From contig CAVOVB010000007.1 in assembly GCA_963699755.1 (NCBI GenBank), positions 1 to 64,000 on the forward strand: DNA of 64,000 bases, read 5' to 3'. Shown here piece after piece: positions 29,294 to 39,332 of this stretch. Numbering within the stretch: position 1 is the first letter of the stretch; every line of letters starts with the position of its first letter. A program made the position numbers and the translations under genes. The notes below the pieces were generated by a model. That model was given only the letters and a program-made list of their open reading frames with translations, was not told the origin of the DNA and ran no database searches. Origin of the DNA: an uncultured delta proteobacterium (GTDB taxonomy: Bacteria > Myxococcota_A > Polyangia > Polyangiales > Houyiibacteriaceae).

Positions 29294-29553
29294 TGGCAAG
29301 GGTCATGGTAGAGAGAAAGTTTGATGATGCCGCGTCCTTCGACGAGCTCCAGGCGCGGGAAAGCTCGTTCGATTGGTGCGCCGAACAGCATGGGGTCACA
29401 TTTATCCGAAGCTATTTCTCGAAGGACCGCAAACGGATGATTTGCGAGTACGAAGCACCCGACGCAGAAGCCGTGCGAAAGCTCCAGCGCACTGCCTCGA
29501 TGCCCTTCGAGCGTGTATGGACCGCCACGGTATTCGACTGGGAGGCGCGTTAG
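29293..29553 (+). CDS. DUF4242-like small protein
   Basis: VMVERKF...MICEYEAPDAEAVR. Confidence 0.78.
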   Translation: MARVMVERKFDDAASFDELQARESSFDWCAEQHGVTFIRSYFSKDRKRMICEYEAPDAEAVRKLQRTASMPFERVWTATVFDWEAR

Positions 29554-29645
29554 CGCTGCGATACCGGTCGCGGGTTCGATGACCGAATACATTCGGGCCT
29601 CTTGGCCCATCGGATCAAGAGAAGCGCCGAATTGCGCGGTACTAG

Positions 29646-31160
29646 TCAAGATGTAGCGACCGACTCCGATCGCAGACCGTAGTTTACGCTGCGAATCGGA
29701 AAAGACCGTAGCGCAGAGCTACATACGAAGGGAGTCGGTCATGTCGAAGAATACAGCAAGCTGGACGTACGTGGGACTGGATGTGCACGCGGACACGATC
29801 ACAGTGGCGGTGGCGGAAGGAAGCAGCCGTGGTCGTGGTCGCGGCGTAGGGACGATTCCGAATCAACCCGATGCGATTCGCAAGGCGATGAAGAAGCTCG
29901 GCAGGGCGAAGTCGCTTCGCGTTTGCTACGAGGCGGGACCGACCGGCTATGCGTTGTACTGGCAGCTGAACAAGATGGGCCTCGCGTGCGAGGTGATTGC
30001 GCCCACGTTGGTGCCGGTGCGGGCAGGCGATCGTGTCAAGACTGACAAGCGCGATGCGCTCAAGCTGGCGCAGGCTTACCGGGCAGGCGAACTGACTCCG
30101 ATCTTTGTGCCCGATGCCGAACACCAGGCGTTGCGCGATTTGGTTCGTGCCCGTGAGGCGGCCAAGAAAGATCAACTGCGTGCTCGGCACCGGCTGGGGA
30201 AATTCTTGCTTCGCCTGGGCCGCCGTCGCGATACCCAGAGCAACGCCTGGGGCCAAGCGCATTGGCGATGGCTTGATTCGCAGGTGTTCGACCATACGGC
30301 GCAAGAGGAGGCGTTTGTGGACTACAAAAACGAAGTGCAGCATGCGACCGAGCGCGTGGCGCGGCTCGACAAAGCGATTGACCGCGCGGTCGAGCAGGCG
30401 CCTCCACGGATGCAAGAGCTGGTCCTGGCCCTGCAAAGCCTTCGCGGGGTGGCGATGCTTACCGCGGTGACCGTGGTGAGCGAGGTCGGTTCGTTTGAGC
30501 GATTTCCCTCCGCCCAAAAGTTCATGGCCTACCTGGGTTTGGTCCCGAGCGAACACTCCAGTGGCGGCCGCCGGCACCAAGGTGGCATCACCAAGACGGG
30601 CAATGCACATCTTCGTCGGGTCTTGGGGGAGTCGGCGTTCTGTGGACGTCTTCGGCCTCGCCGCAGTCCAAGCCTCAAGCGGCGTCAGCAAGGGCAGAGT
30701 CAAGCCATTGTCGACATGGCGTGGGAGGCGCAAAAGCGTCTCTACCGAAAACACGGGCGAATGAGGATCCGAGCCAAGTCTCACCAGGTCACGGTGACCG
30801 CGATGAGTCGAGAGCTCGCCGGGTTTGTGTGGGCCGTCGGGCGGCAGCGCGAAGCCGAGATGGACAAGGAAGGGCAACCTGTTGAACGGTTCAAAGAAGC
30901 TGGCAAGCATCCCCACGGGAAGGACAAGCCTCGAAACATTTATGCGATAGGCACGGCCGTGCCCAACTCGCGCCACTAGTCTGAGCGAGCTCCCGACGGA
31001 TGATGACCATGTCGGCGGCCTTCGGGCCGATCCACGAATATCAGATTGATCAACCGTCGCTTTGTTCGCCAGCTTCTTTGAGCCGTTCAACCAACTACAA
31101 AGGACACTAAGGACACAAAGGAAACCCCATCATCTCTGTTGACCGGTCGCTACATATCAG
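29646..31160 (+). mobile_element. IS110 family, IS1111-type element (transposase 29741-30979)
   Basis: YVGLDVH, YEAGPTG, KTDKRDA, YLGLVPSEHSSG; subterminal IRs ATGTAGCGACCG / CGGTCGCTACAT; AG core at both junctions. Confidence 0.92.
30925..31065 (+). ncRNA. Putative seek/bridge RNA of the second IS1111 (boundaries approximate)
   Basis: AACATTT (30935-41) and ACTAG (30975-9) around a hairpin match the target; ATATCAG (31038-44) and TTGA (31046-9) match the circle junction. Confidence 0.6.
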
Positions 31161-31273
31161 ATGTTATGTCGCCTGGGGCGCGAACCTCAAAGGGCGTTCG
31201 TTTCGACTATCAGCCCTTCGCGCCCGTGTACGACATCCTCCAACGCGAACGATGCTCGTGAAAGGTTTTTAGC

Positions 31274-32161
31274 ATGACCTCACCGAGTGAAGCGCCGCGC
31301 AACGCCTCTACCCGAATCAAAGTCTCCCGCGACTGGGTGGGTGCGCCCGCCGGCACGCTGAAGAACCCCACATGCTTTCTATTCTTGGCTTCCGTTTCGA
31401 TGCTCACGGTGGGGATCGGCGGGTATCTCCTCGGCCGATTACCGGTGGCGGCCACTATCGCCATCAACGCGATCGCGATCTATCTCGTGTTCACGGTCAT
31501 GCACGACAGTATGCACCGCACGGCGCACGAATCGCGCTTCATCAACGACTTGCTCGGTCGCCTATCCGCGCTGCCGCTCACCGTCACGATGCCGCTCTTT
31601 CGCGCCGTCCACTACGAGCACCACTCCCACACCAACGATCCCGAGCGCGATCCGGACCTCATCGTGAGCCGTCAACCGAAGTGGGCGCTCCCCTTCTGGT
31701 GCCTGGCGGTCATCGTCGAATATCGCCGCCACTATTTCGGCCGTCGCCTGTGGCGCGACCGCGCGGATCTCGTGGAGGCGCTCTTCATGGAAGCCTTTCT
31801 GCTCACGGCGATCCTTGCCGCCGTAGTCCCGGGTACTTTCGGCACACTGGTCATCGTGTGGCTCGCTCCCGCACTCATCGCGGTCACCGCATTGGCACTG
31901 TGTTCCGACTTTCTGCCGCACTACCCCTGCGGCTCGCAGGAGCGCTACCTCGACACGCGGATCTATCCAGGTCGCTTTCCGAACCTCTTGCTACTCGGGC
32001 AGAAGTACCACTTGATCCATGACCTGTGGACCACCATCCCCTGGTTCCGTTACCAGCGTGTGTTCAGCGAGGTCGAATCCGAGCTCGTCGAACGGGGCGC
32101 CCGCATCGAATGGAGCAAACCGACTCGGAGGTACGCACAGTCACCTCCTGAAGAAGTCTAG
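31274..32161 (+). CDS. Fatty acid desaturase / carotenoid hydroxylase-like protein, possibly degenerate
   Basis: HDSMH, HYEHH, FLPHYP; third box reads YHLIHDL. Confidence 0.8.
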   Translation: MTSPSEAPRNASTRIKVSRDWVGAPAGTLKNPTCFLFLASVSMLTVGIGGYLLGRLPVAATIAINAIAIYLVFTVMHDSMHRTAHESRFINDLLGRLSALPLTVTMPLFRAVHYEHHSHTNDPERDPDLIVSRQPKWALPFWCLAVIVEYRRHYFGRRLWRDRADLVEALFMEAFLLTAILAAVVPGTFGTLVIVWLAPALIAVTALALCSDFLPHYPCGSQERYLDTRIYPGRFPNLLLLGQKYHLIHDLWTTIPWFRYQRVFSEVESELVERGARIEWSKPTRRYAQSPPEEV

Positions 32162-32193
32162 CGCGCGGCTTCAGTAGCACTGCAAACGCGACG

Positions 32194-32460
32194 CTAAATC
32201 GTGACGTGGACCACGTGGCCCTCGTACGCGCCAATACCCTCGTCGACCTTTTCGCCGAGCTTGCCAGCCAAGGTCACCAAAGCCCGCGCGATGGCGAGCT
32301 CGTCGCCGATCATCGGCCGATCTGGATCACCAGGATTTCGGCGAGCCTTCCCCACGCCAACAAACTCCTCGCCAGCGATCGTGAGTCGAGCCGTCGCATC
32401 CGTGACGTGGCCCTTCTCGATCACCTCGAGGGTGGCGGTGAGCGTCTTAGAAGTAGACAT
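32194..32460 (-). CDS. DUF1876-like small protein
   Basis: GVGKARRNPGDPDRPMIGDELAIARAL. Confidence 0.8.
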   Translation of the reverse strand: MSTSKTLTATLEVIEKGHVTDATARLTIAGEEFVGVGKARRNPGDPDRPMIGDELAIARALVTLAGKLGEKVDEGIGAYEGHVVHVTI

Positions 32461-32646
32461 TGGGCACCTCCTCTAGGGTGCCTTAGCTTACCCGGGACTC
32501 TGCGCTCCGTCCATCGGCGCGTCTCCGACTGCACGACCCGACCCAGGTTCAGCAGAAAGCCGGAGCAGAACCGGAGACGTGCTGCGCGCCGACAGACATG
32601 CGCTCGAAAACCGCGCTAGTATCGTCAGGCCACGATAGGAGTCTGA

Positions 32647-34869
32647 ATGACCATCACGAAGCGAACGTACTGCCGCATCTGCGAGGCGCATTGTGGACTG
32701 ACCGTCGAAGTCGACGAGAAGACCCAGCAAATCGGCTCGGTCAAGCCCGATCGGGATCATCCGCTCTCCAAGGGCTACTGCTGCGTGAAGGGCCTCGGCA
32801 GCGGCGCGATGCACCACGACAGCGCGCGCCTCAACTATCCGATGAAGCGAGTGAACGGCGGCTTCGAGCGAATCTCCTGGGACCAGGCGCTCGAGGAGAT
32901 TGGCGCCAAGGTGCGGGAGCTTCGCGGCCGCTTCGGGCCCCGGTCCGTTGGCCTCTACACGGGGAACCCGACCTACTTCAACTTCGCGAACATCTTGATG
33001 TCAGCAGGGTTCATCGAGGCGCTGCACTCGCCGAACCTGTTTGCATCCCATTCAGTCGACAACAACAACAAGCTTCACGTGTCGACCGCGATGTACGGCC
33101 GCTCGATGGTGCATCCCGTTCCCGACCTCGACCACACCCAGTTCATCATGTGCATGGGCAGCAATCCGGTCGTGAGCCAGATGTCCATGCTGCAGATCCC
33201 GAACGCCCTCGAGCGTCTGAAGTCGGTCGAAGCGCGCGGCGGTCGCGTGATCATCGTCGACCCCCGGCGCACCGAAACCGCGCAGAAGGTCGGCGAGCAC
33301 CTGTCCATTCAGCCGCAGACCGACGCCTACCTACTGATGGCCATGCTGCACGTCATCGCGCACGAAGACGGTGTCGACCTCGCGGCGGCGAAGGCCGTTG
33401 CACACGGCGTCGATGAATTCGTCGCGTCGGCGTCGGGCTGGACTCCCGAGCGCGTAGCCCCGATTACCGGAATCGATGCCGCCACCATCCGGGAGCTCGC
33501 GCGTGCCTACCGAAACGCGGACGGCGCAGCTCTCTACATGTCGACCGGCGTGAACATGGGCCCGTTCGGCTCGATCGCGTACTGGTTGCTTCAGGGTCTC
33601 AACCTGATCACCGGCAACATCGACCGGCGTGGCGGCCTTCTGGTGCCCCGCGGGCCGTTCGACACTCTGAAGCTCGCCGGGTGGATCGGACTCGGTGGGT
33701 TCAACGAGCACCGCACGCTCCGCGGCGATTGGCACCAGGTTGCCGGTTGTTTCCCCATCGCAGCGCTCCCCGGGGAAATCGACAACGACGATCCGCGGCG
33801 CATCCGCGCGCTCTTCGTCTCGGCGGGCAACCCCGTGCATTCGATGCCCAACGGCGCCGCCCTCGCGAAAGCGTTCGACAAGCTCGATCTGCTCGTCTCG
33901 ATCGACATCTATCGAAACGAGACGTCGGCCCATGCGGACTACCTTCTGCCGGCGACCGACATGCTCGAACGCTCCGACTATCCGGCCTCGCACGCAATGC
34001 TGCAGGTGACGCCGCACGTTCAATACACACCGGCCATGGTCGAGCCGAAACACGAACGGCGGCACGAGTGGCGCATCTTTTCGGACCTCGCGATCGCTTG
34101 CGGCGCCGAACCGCGGGGCGGCCTCGGAAACCTGCTCCCCCGAATCAATCAGGTGCTCGCGCGTCTTCCGGGGAACGTCGAGCTGACCCCGGACCACCTG
34201 CTGGCGCTGTTGCTTCGCTGGGGCGGACAAGTCACCCTCCGCGAGCTCAAGCGCAACCCGGGCGGGCTCATGTTGCCGCCAAACGAACCCGGATCGTTCC
34301 TCGGCAAGCGCGTCCCGAGCGAGGACGGCAAGGTGCAGCTCGGGTTGCCCGACGTCCTTGCCGACCTGCCTCGACTCGAAGCCGAAGAGAGCCGGCTGGG
34401 CCCTCGAGCTGGGCGCCTGGTGCTCATCGGACAGCGCGACCGTCGCTCCCACAACAGTTGGATGCACAGCAGCCCGCATATCCGCCAACCCGACGGAAAC
34501 CGCGCGCTGATTCATCCCGACGATGCCGGAGCGCTTTCGATTGCCGACGGAGACGAGGTCGAGATTGGGAGCGCTCAGGGGTCGATTCGGGTTCGCGCGA
34601 GGCTCAGCGACGAAGTCCGCCGTGGCGTCGTCGCGGTGCCGCACGGCTGGGGTCACCAGAACGCCGCGGTCGAACGAGCGGCTGCGCTCGCAGGCGCCAA
34701 CGTCAATGAAGTCATCCCGGGGGGCACCGCCCAAGTCGAGCCCGTGAGCGGCATGTCGATCATGATGGGGCACGCGGTCACGGTGCGCCGGGCAAGCGCT
34801 CAAGCGGAGCTTGGCACCGACTCCCGCGGCGGGGGCGTGAGTGCACGGGTCCCTTCGGCTTTGGACTGA
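32647..34869 (+). CDS. Molybdopterin oxidoreductase
   Basis: CRICEAHCG..CVKG Fe-S motif, GSNPVVS, AGNPVHS, HNSWMH, VPHGWGH. Confidence 0.92.
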   Translation: MTITKRTYCRICEAHCGLTVEVDEKTQQIGSVKPDRDHPLSKGYCCVKGLGSGAMHHDSARLNYPMKRVNGGFERISWDQALEEIGAKVRELRGRFGPRSVGLYTGNPTYFNFANILMSAGFIEALHSPNLFASHSVDNNNKLHVSTAMYGRSMVHPVPDLDHTQFIMCMGSNPVVSQMSMLQIPNALERLKSVEARGGRVIIVDPRRTETAQKVGEHLSIQPQTDAYLLMAMLHVIAHEDGVDLAAAKAVAHGVDEFVASASGWTPERVAPITGIDAATIRELARAYRNADGAALYMSTGVNMGPFGSIAYWLLQGLNLITGNIDRRGGLLVPRGPFDTLKLAGWIGLGGFNEHRTLRGDWHQVAGCFPIAALPGEIDNDDPRRIRALFVSAGNPVHSMPNGAALAKAFDKLDLLVSIDIYRNETSAHADYLLPATDMLERSDYPASHAMLQVTPHVQYTPAMVEPKHERRHEWRIFSDLAIACGAEPRGGLGNLLPRINQVLARLPGNVELTPDHLLALLLRWGGQVTLRELKRNPGGLMLPPNEPGSFLGKRVPSEDGKVQLGLPDVLADLPRLEAEESRLGPRAGRLVLIGQRDRRSHNSWMHSSPHIRQPDGNRALIHPDDAGALSIADGDEVEIGSAQGSIRVRARLSDEVRRGVVAVPHGWGHQNAAVERAAALAGANVNEVIPGGTAQVEPVSGMSIMMGHAVTVRRASAQAELGTDSRGGGVSARVPSALD

Positions 34870-34895
34870 GCCACGCGAAACGGTGCATTCGACCC

Positions 34896-35055
34896 ATGGC
34901 TCTCTGGCGCAGGCGTCGATTCATTGCTGGGGCGGCCGTGGCAGGTGCCGGAGGCCTGGCGCTCGCCCTTCGGCCCTCGGATCGCGGTGCCAATCACACG
35001 CGCTACGACATTCGCCTGGGCAAGGCCCTCGACGAGGCAGGCCTCGCTAGCCCCT
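34896..35055 (+). pseudogene. N-terminal fragment of an exported protein (possibly DSD1-like PLP enzyme)
   Basis: RRRFIAGAAVAGAGGLALALRPSDRG..ALDEAGLASP, then loses coding character. Confidence 0.4.
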
Positions 35056-35167
35056 GGGCGGGCGCGTCGCGCTGTGCTCGGACGGCATGAAGGAACCCAT
35101 AGCGCACGCCTCCGTCACCTTCTCGATTCTACCCGCATCCGGGCGCGTTGAGTACTAGGGTTCTCGA

Positions 35168-35776
35168 ATGGCACGACTGCTCGTCTACTATGCCCATCCC
35201 GGCCACAAGCATTCGCAGGTCAATCGCTCCATGGCGCGTGCCGCGGCGTCGGTGGCGGACATCGATTGCGTCGATCTGTATCGCGAGTATCCGCGCTTCG
35301 ACATCGACGTCGAGCAGGAGCAAGCACGGCTGCTGGGGCACGATGTCATCCTCTTTCAGTTCCCCCTCTTCTGGTACTCGACGCCGTCGATCATCAAGGA
35401 GTGGGAGGACCTCGTCCTCGAGCACGGGTTCGCCTATGGGAGCCACGGTGACAAGCTGTCGAACAAAGTCATGATGCTTTCCGTGACCGCCGCGGGCCCG
35501 GCGGAGGCGTACACGCCGCAGGGCTACCAGCACTACCCCTTGCGCACGTTCCTCACACCGCTCGAGCAGACCGCTCGGCTTTGCAACATGCGGTTCCCGG
35601 CACCGTACGTTCTCCTTTCCTCGCTCAAAGCGCCGGATGACGGGCGGGCTCGAAGGCACGCCGATGGATACCGAACGCTGCTCGAGGCGATTCGCGACGA
35701 CCGATACGATTTCGAGGCCGCCATGTCTCGCGACATCATCACCTACGACACCCTCCCCCTCCGGCAGGAGCGCTGA
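35168..35776 (+). CDS. KefF/KefG-type NAD(P)H oxidoreductase (flavodoxin-like)
   Basis: YYAHP, QFPLFWYSTPSIIKEWEDLVL..GFAYG; adjacent to the Kef antiporter. Confidence 0.9.
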   Translation: MARLLVYYAHPGHKHSQVNRSMARAAASVADIDCVDLYREYPRFDIDVEQEQARLLGHDVILFQFPLFWYSTPSIIKEWEDLVLEHGFAYGSHGDKLSNKVMMLSVTAAGPAEAYTPQGYQHYPLRTFLTPLEQTARLCNMRFPAPYVLLSSLKAPDDGRARRHADGYRTLLEAIRDDRYDFEAAMSRDIITYDTLPLRQER

Positions 35777-35778
35777 CC

Positions 35779-37701
35779 GTGGACGGGTTTCTGCTGCTTG
35801 CCTTCCTCTTCCTCGTCGCCGGCGTCGTCGCGGTGCCGGTCGCCTCGCGCCTCGGGCTCGGCTCGGTGCTCGGCTACCTGATCGCAGGGGTCGCCATCAG
35901 CCCGCTGCTCCGGCAGCTGCACGTGGACGTCGTGAGCATCCAGCACTTCGCGGAGCTCGGCGTCGTGATGATGCTGTTCCTGGTCGGCCTCGAGCTCGAG
36001 CCCCGCATGCTTTGGTCGATGCGCCATCGCTTGCTCGGCCTCGGAGGGCTCCAAGTGACGGTGACGGCGCTCGCCGTGATGGGCATCGCAATGGCGCTCG
36101 GGCAGACCTGGTCGATCGCCTTGGCCATCGGGTTCGTCTTCTCCCTCTCGTCGACCGCAATCGTGCTGCAAACCCTCAACGAGAAGGGGCTCATGCAATG
36201 CGATGGCGGGCAGTCGAGCTTTTCCGTCCTGCTGTTCCAGGACATCGCGGTGATTCCGATGCTGGCGTTCATCCCGCTGCTGGCCGTGCCGGAGCTGGTC
36301 GATGCCGCTGGGGTGCATGCCGCCGCGGATGCGGAGCATGCGAGCCTGAGCCTCGTGGAGCGCCTCGACGGTTCGCAGCAGGCCCTGGTGACGATCGGCG
36401 CGATCGCCTTCGTCGTCATCGGCGGACACTACCTGACGCGTCCGATCTTCCGCTTCATCGCAGCTGCCCGTCTGCGGGAGCTCTTCACCGCGGTGGCGCT
36501 GCTGTTGGTGATCGGCATCGCATTGTTGATGATCGCCGTCGGCCTGTCCCCGGCGTTGGGCACGTTCTTGGCAGGCGTCGTCCTCGCCAATAGCGAGTAT
36601 CGTCACGAGCTCGAAAGTGACGTGGCCCCGTTCAAAGGCTTGCTGCTAGGGCTCTTCTTCATCACGGTGGGCGCCGCGATTCGGTTCGATCTTCTGCTAG
36701 CCAACCTCGGCGAGGTCGTCGCGATCACGCTCGGGCTAATGGCACTCAAAGCACTCGTGCTCTACGCACTGAGCCGAGTCTTTCGCATCGGCGGGAGCGA
36801 CCGTTGGCTCTTCACCCTCGGGCTCTCACAAGCGGGAGAGTTCGGGTTCGTTCTTCTTTCGTTCACCGTGGCGAGCTCGGTCCTTCCCGCGGCGATCGCC
36901 GACAAACTCTTGCTCGTCGTCGCGCTCTCGATGCTGCTCACCCCGTTGCTGTTCATCGTCTTCGACAAAGTGATCGCGCCGCTTTTCACGGAATCCCAGG
37001 CAGCCGAAGCGGACGAGATCGACGAAAGAGGCACGGTCATCATCGCGGGCCACGGTCGCTTTGGTGGCGTCGTCAACCTCATCCTCAAGTCCTCCGGGTA
37101 CCAAACCGTCGTCCTCGACTATCAGTCCGAGCAGCTCGAGATGCTGCGCGCCTTCGGTCTGAAGGTGTTCTTTGGCGATGCAACACGGCCCGATCTGCTG
37201 CACGCCGCGGGCATCGAGGAAGCCAAGATGCTGGTCGTCGCCATCGACGACAAGGAAAGCTCCACCGAGCTCGTTCGCTACGTCCGAAAGCACCATCCGC
37301 ACGTGTACATCGTCGTGCGCGCCATCGACCGTCACCACGTCTACCAGCTCTGGGCCGCGGGGGCACGAGACATCATTCGCGAAACGTTCGACAGCGCGCT
37401 CCGCGCGGGCCGCTCTGCTCTCGAGGCGCTAGGGGTGCACCCTTACGACGCGGAGCGTCGGATCCGTGGCTATGTGATCAACGACAGGCAGCACATGCGC
37501 GATCTCGCGGAGCTCTTCGACCCCGAGATCCCGGTGCACCGGAACGCACCGTACGTCGAGCGCTCCAAGGCGTACATCGACCGTTATCGCGACGCCATGC
37601 TCGGCAGCAGCGGCGCCTTCGGAAGCCGCCTCGATCGTGGTTGGGTCCCGCCGACGATCGCGGATGTCGAGGCGGAAGAAGAAGCGGCTCGCGGGGAGTG
37701 A
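35779..37701 (+). CDS. KefB/KefC-type CPA2 potassium/proton antiporter
   Basis: LGLGSVLGYL, FQDIAV, SEYRHELE, SQAGEFGFV, KTN GHGRFG. Confidence 0.93.
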   Translation: MDGFLLLAFLFLVAGVVAVPVASRLGLGSVLGYLIAGVAISPLLRQLHVDVVSIQHFAELGVVMMLFLVGLELEPRMLWSMRHRLLGLGGLQVTVTALAVMGIAMALGQTWSIALAIGFVFSLSSTAIVLQTLNEKGLMQCDGGQSSFSVLLFQDIAVIPMLAFIPLLAVPELVDAAGVHAAADAEHASLSLVERLDGSQQALVTIGAIAFVVIGGHYLTRPIFRFIAAARLRELFTAVALLLVIGIALLMIAVGLSPALGTFLAGVVLANSEYRHELESDVAPFKGLLLGLFFITVGAAIRFDLLLANLGEVVAITLGLMALKALVLYALSRVFRIGGSDRWLFTLGLSQAGEFGFVLLSFTVASSVLPAAIADKLLLVVALSMLLTPLLFIVFDKVIAPLFTESQAAEADEIDERGTVIIAGHGRFGGVVNLILKSSGYQTVVLDYQSEQLEMLRAFGLKVFFGDATRPDLLHAAGIEEAKMLVVAIDDKESSTELVRYVRKHHPHVYIVVRAIDRHHVYQLWAAGARDIIRETFDSALRAGRSALEALGVHPYDAERRIRGYVINDRQHMRDLAELFDPEIPVHRNAPYVERSKAYIDRYRDAMLGSSGAFGSRLDRGWVPPTIADVEAEEEAARGE

Positions 37702-37848
37702 GGGTCGCGGGGCCATGGCGAGTCGAACGAGCTCGCGGCCAACACGAGGACCCGATCTCCGTCAATCGTTCCTGGCGCCCGGGTCCGGGATGGCTGCTTC
37801 GCTGACACCGGCGTCTCGGGAAGGACCTCTGGGTGGCCGCGGCTGATA

Positions 37849-38754
37849 TTAGAAGTAGCCCTCTCGCTTGCGATCTTCCATCGCGGTCTCGGCGACCTTG
37901 TCGTCGGCCCGGCTCGCTCCGCGCTCGGTTACTCGGCTTTGAGCTACTTCGAGCATGATCTCCCCGATCGTCGACGCCGTCGACTCGAAAGCCCCAGTAC
38001 AGGTCATGTCCCCGACGGTCCGAAACCGGACGGTCGCATCGAATGGCATCTCAGTCGGAAAGCGCTGGAGAAATGGGCTGTCCGCCATCAGCATGCCGTC
38101 GCGCGCGAACACCCGGCGTCGGTGGGCAAAGTAGATCGTCGGCAACGGGATGTTCTCGCGCGCGACATACTGGTAGACGTCGAGCTCCGTCCAGTTCGAG
38201 ATCGGAAAGACCCTCACCTGCTCGCCGGCTCGGTGTTGTGCGAAGTAGAGACTCCAAAGCTCGGGCCTCTGTTGCTTGGGATCCCACTGCCCAAACTCGT
38301 CACGGAACGAAAACACCCGCTCCTTCGCGCGCGCTTTTTCTTCGTCGCGGCGGGCACCGCCCAACAGAACATCGAGCTGGTGCTTGCGCACCGCATGAAG
38401 CAGAGATTCGGTCTGGAGCTGGTTGCGGGAAGCGCGAGGCCCGGTCTCCTCGCCGACCCGACCCTCGTCGATCGCTTCCTGCACCGAGGCGACGAGAAGC
38501 TCCGCGCCCAGCTCTCGAACGATCTGATCCCTGTACGCGATGACCTCGGGAAAGTTGTGCCCCGTGTCGACATGAAGCAGCGGAAAAGGAAGCGGAGCGG
38601 GGTGGAACGCTTTCACGGCCAGGCGCAGGATGACCGCCGAATCCTTACCGCCCGAGAAGAGCAGCGCGGGGCGCTCCGCCTGAGCGACGGCCTCCCGAAC
38701 GATGTGAATCGACTCGTTCTCGAGGGCAGTGAGATGGTTCTCTCGTGAAGGCAT
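37849..38754 (-). CDS. cysD: Sulfate adenylyltransferase subunit 2
   Basis: LFSGGKDS, GARRDEEKARAKER, WDPKQQRPELW, MEDRKREGYF. Confidence 0.95.
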   Translation of the reverse strand: MPSRENHLTALENESIHIVREAVAQAERPALLFSGGKDSAVILRLAVKAFHPAPLPFPLLHVDTGHNFPEVIAYRDQIVRELGAELLVASVQEAIDEGRVGEETGPRASRNQLQTESLLHAVRKHQLDVLLGGARRDEEKARAKERVFSFRDEFGQWDPKQQRPELWSLYFAQHRAGEQVRVFPISNWTELDVYQYVARENIPLPTIYFAHRRRVFARDGMLMADSPFLQRFPTEMPFDATVRFRTVGDMTCTGAFESTASTIGEIMLEVAQSRVTERGASRADDKVAETAMEDRKREGYF

Positions 38755-38764
38755 GACCGCTCGG

Positions 38765-38800
38765 AATACGAAACTTATAACGTGAAAATAGTTTCGTATT
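38765..38800. promoter_or_regulatory. Inverted repeat upstream of cysD
   Basis: AATACGAAACT...AGTTTCGTATT in an AT-rich stretch. Confidence 0.55.
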
Positions 38801-38934
38801 TTGTGCTGTCAAGGCCGATTGGAACGCGGGGAATCAGCGCAGCGAGCGTTTCGAGTCGCGCCAGCGGCGGAAGGGCAATGTAGCTCGCCCCCTCGTGACG
38901 GGCTGACTCGCGCGAGCGCCGACGCCGCGCGGCT

Positions 38935-39252
38935 TCACATGGCGTGGGTGAGGAGGATGTTCATCTCGGTGAACCCGCGATCGCGCACGGGAACGAGAGC
39001 CGCGTAGTCTTCCGACGCGAACATCCCGGTAATCGCGTCCGCGGAGTCGAAGTCCATCACGAGCACCATCTCGCTCGGCTTGCCGTTGATCACTTCGTCT
39101 ACCTTCAGGCGCTTCACGGGCGTGCCCCCAGCACCCATGAGCAGCGGAAGCACCCCGTGGAGATACTCCTGCACCGAGGCCATCTCGTTCGGGTTCGGAA
39201 CCGCAGTCACGACGAGGGTCGTCTTTTCGACTGTATTTTGCTGATTTGCCAT
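38935..39252 (-). CDS. DUF1330-like protein
   Basis: VLVMDFDSADAITGMFASEDYAALVPVRDRGF. Confidence 0.75.
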   Translation of the reverse strand: MANQQNTVEKTTLVVTAVPNPNEMASVQEYLHGVLPLLMGAGGTPVKRLKVDEVINGKPSEMVLVMDFDSADAITGMFASEDYAALVPVRDRGFTEMNILLTHAM

Positions 39253-39277
39253 CACTCACCGCCACATTCGGGTTGTT

Positions 39278-39295
39278 TCTGAACGATCGTTTAGA
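39278..39295. promoter_or_regulatory. TetR operator-like palindrome
   Basis: TCTGAACGATCGTTTAGA between divergent genes. Confidence 0.6.
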
Positions 39296-39332
39296 TACAC
39301 TAGTGCTACGAGGCTGTCAACGGAAACCCACG

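Larger units (their letters stand above)
29597..31211 (+). repeat. dif-like repeat R6, split into 29597-29645 and 31161-31211 by an IS1111
   Basis: Rejoined core TTGCGCGGTAC TAG|ATG TTATGTCGCCT, near-identical to R5. Confidence 0.9.

Noticed and set aside
29684..31090. Long antisense ORFs over IS and GC-rich genes (also 41533-42975, 33331-34803)
   Set aside because: No motifs; expected shadow frames at high GC
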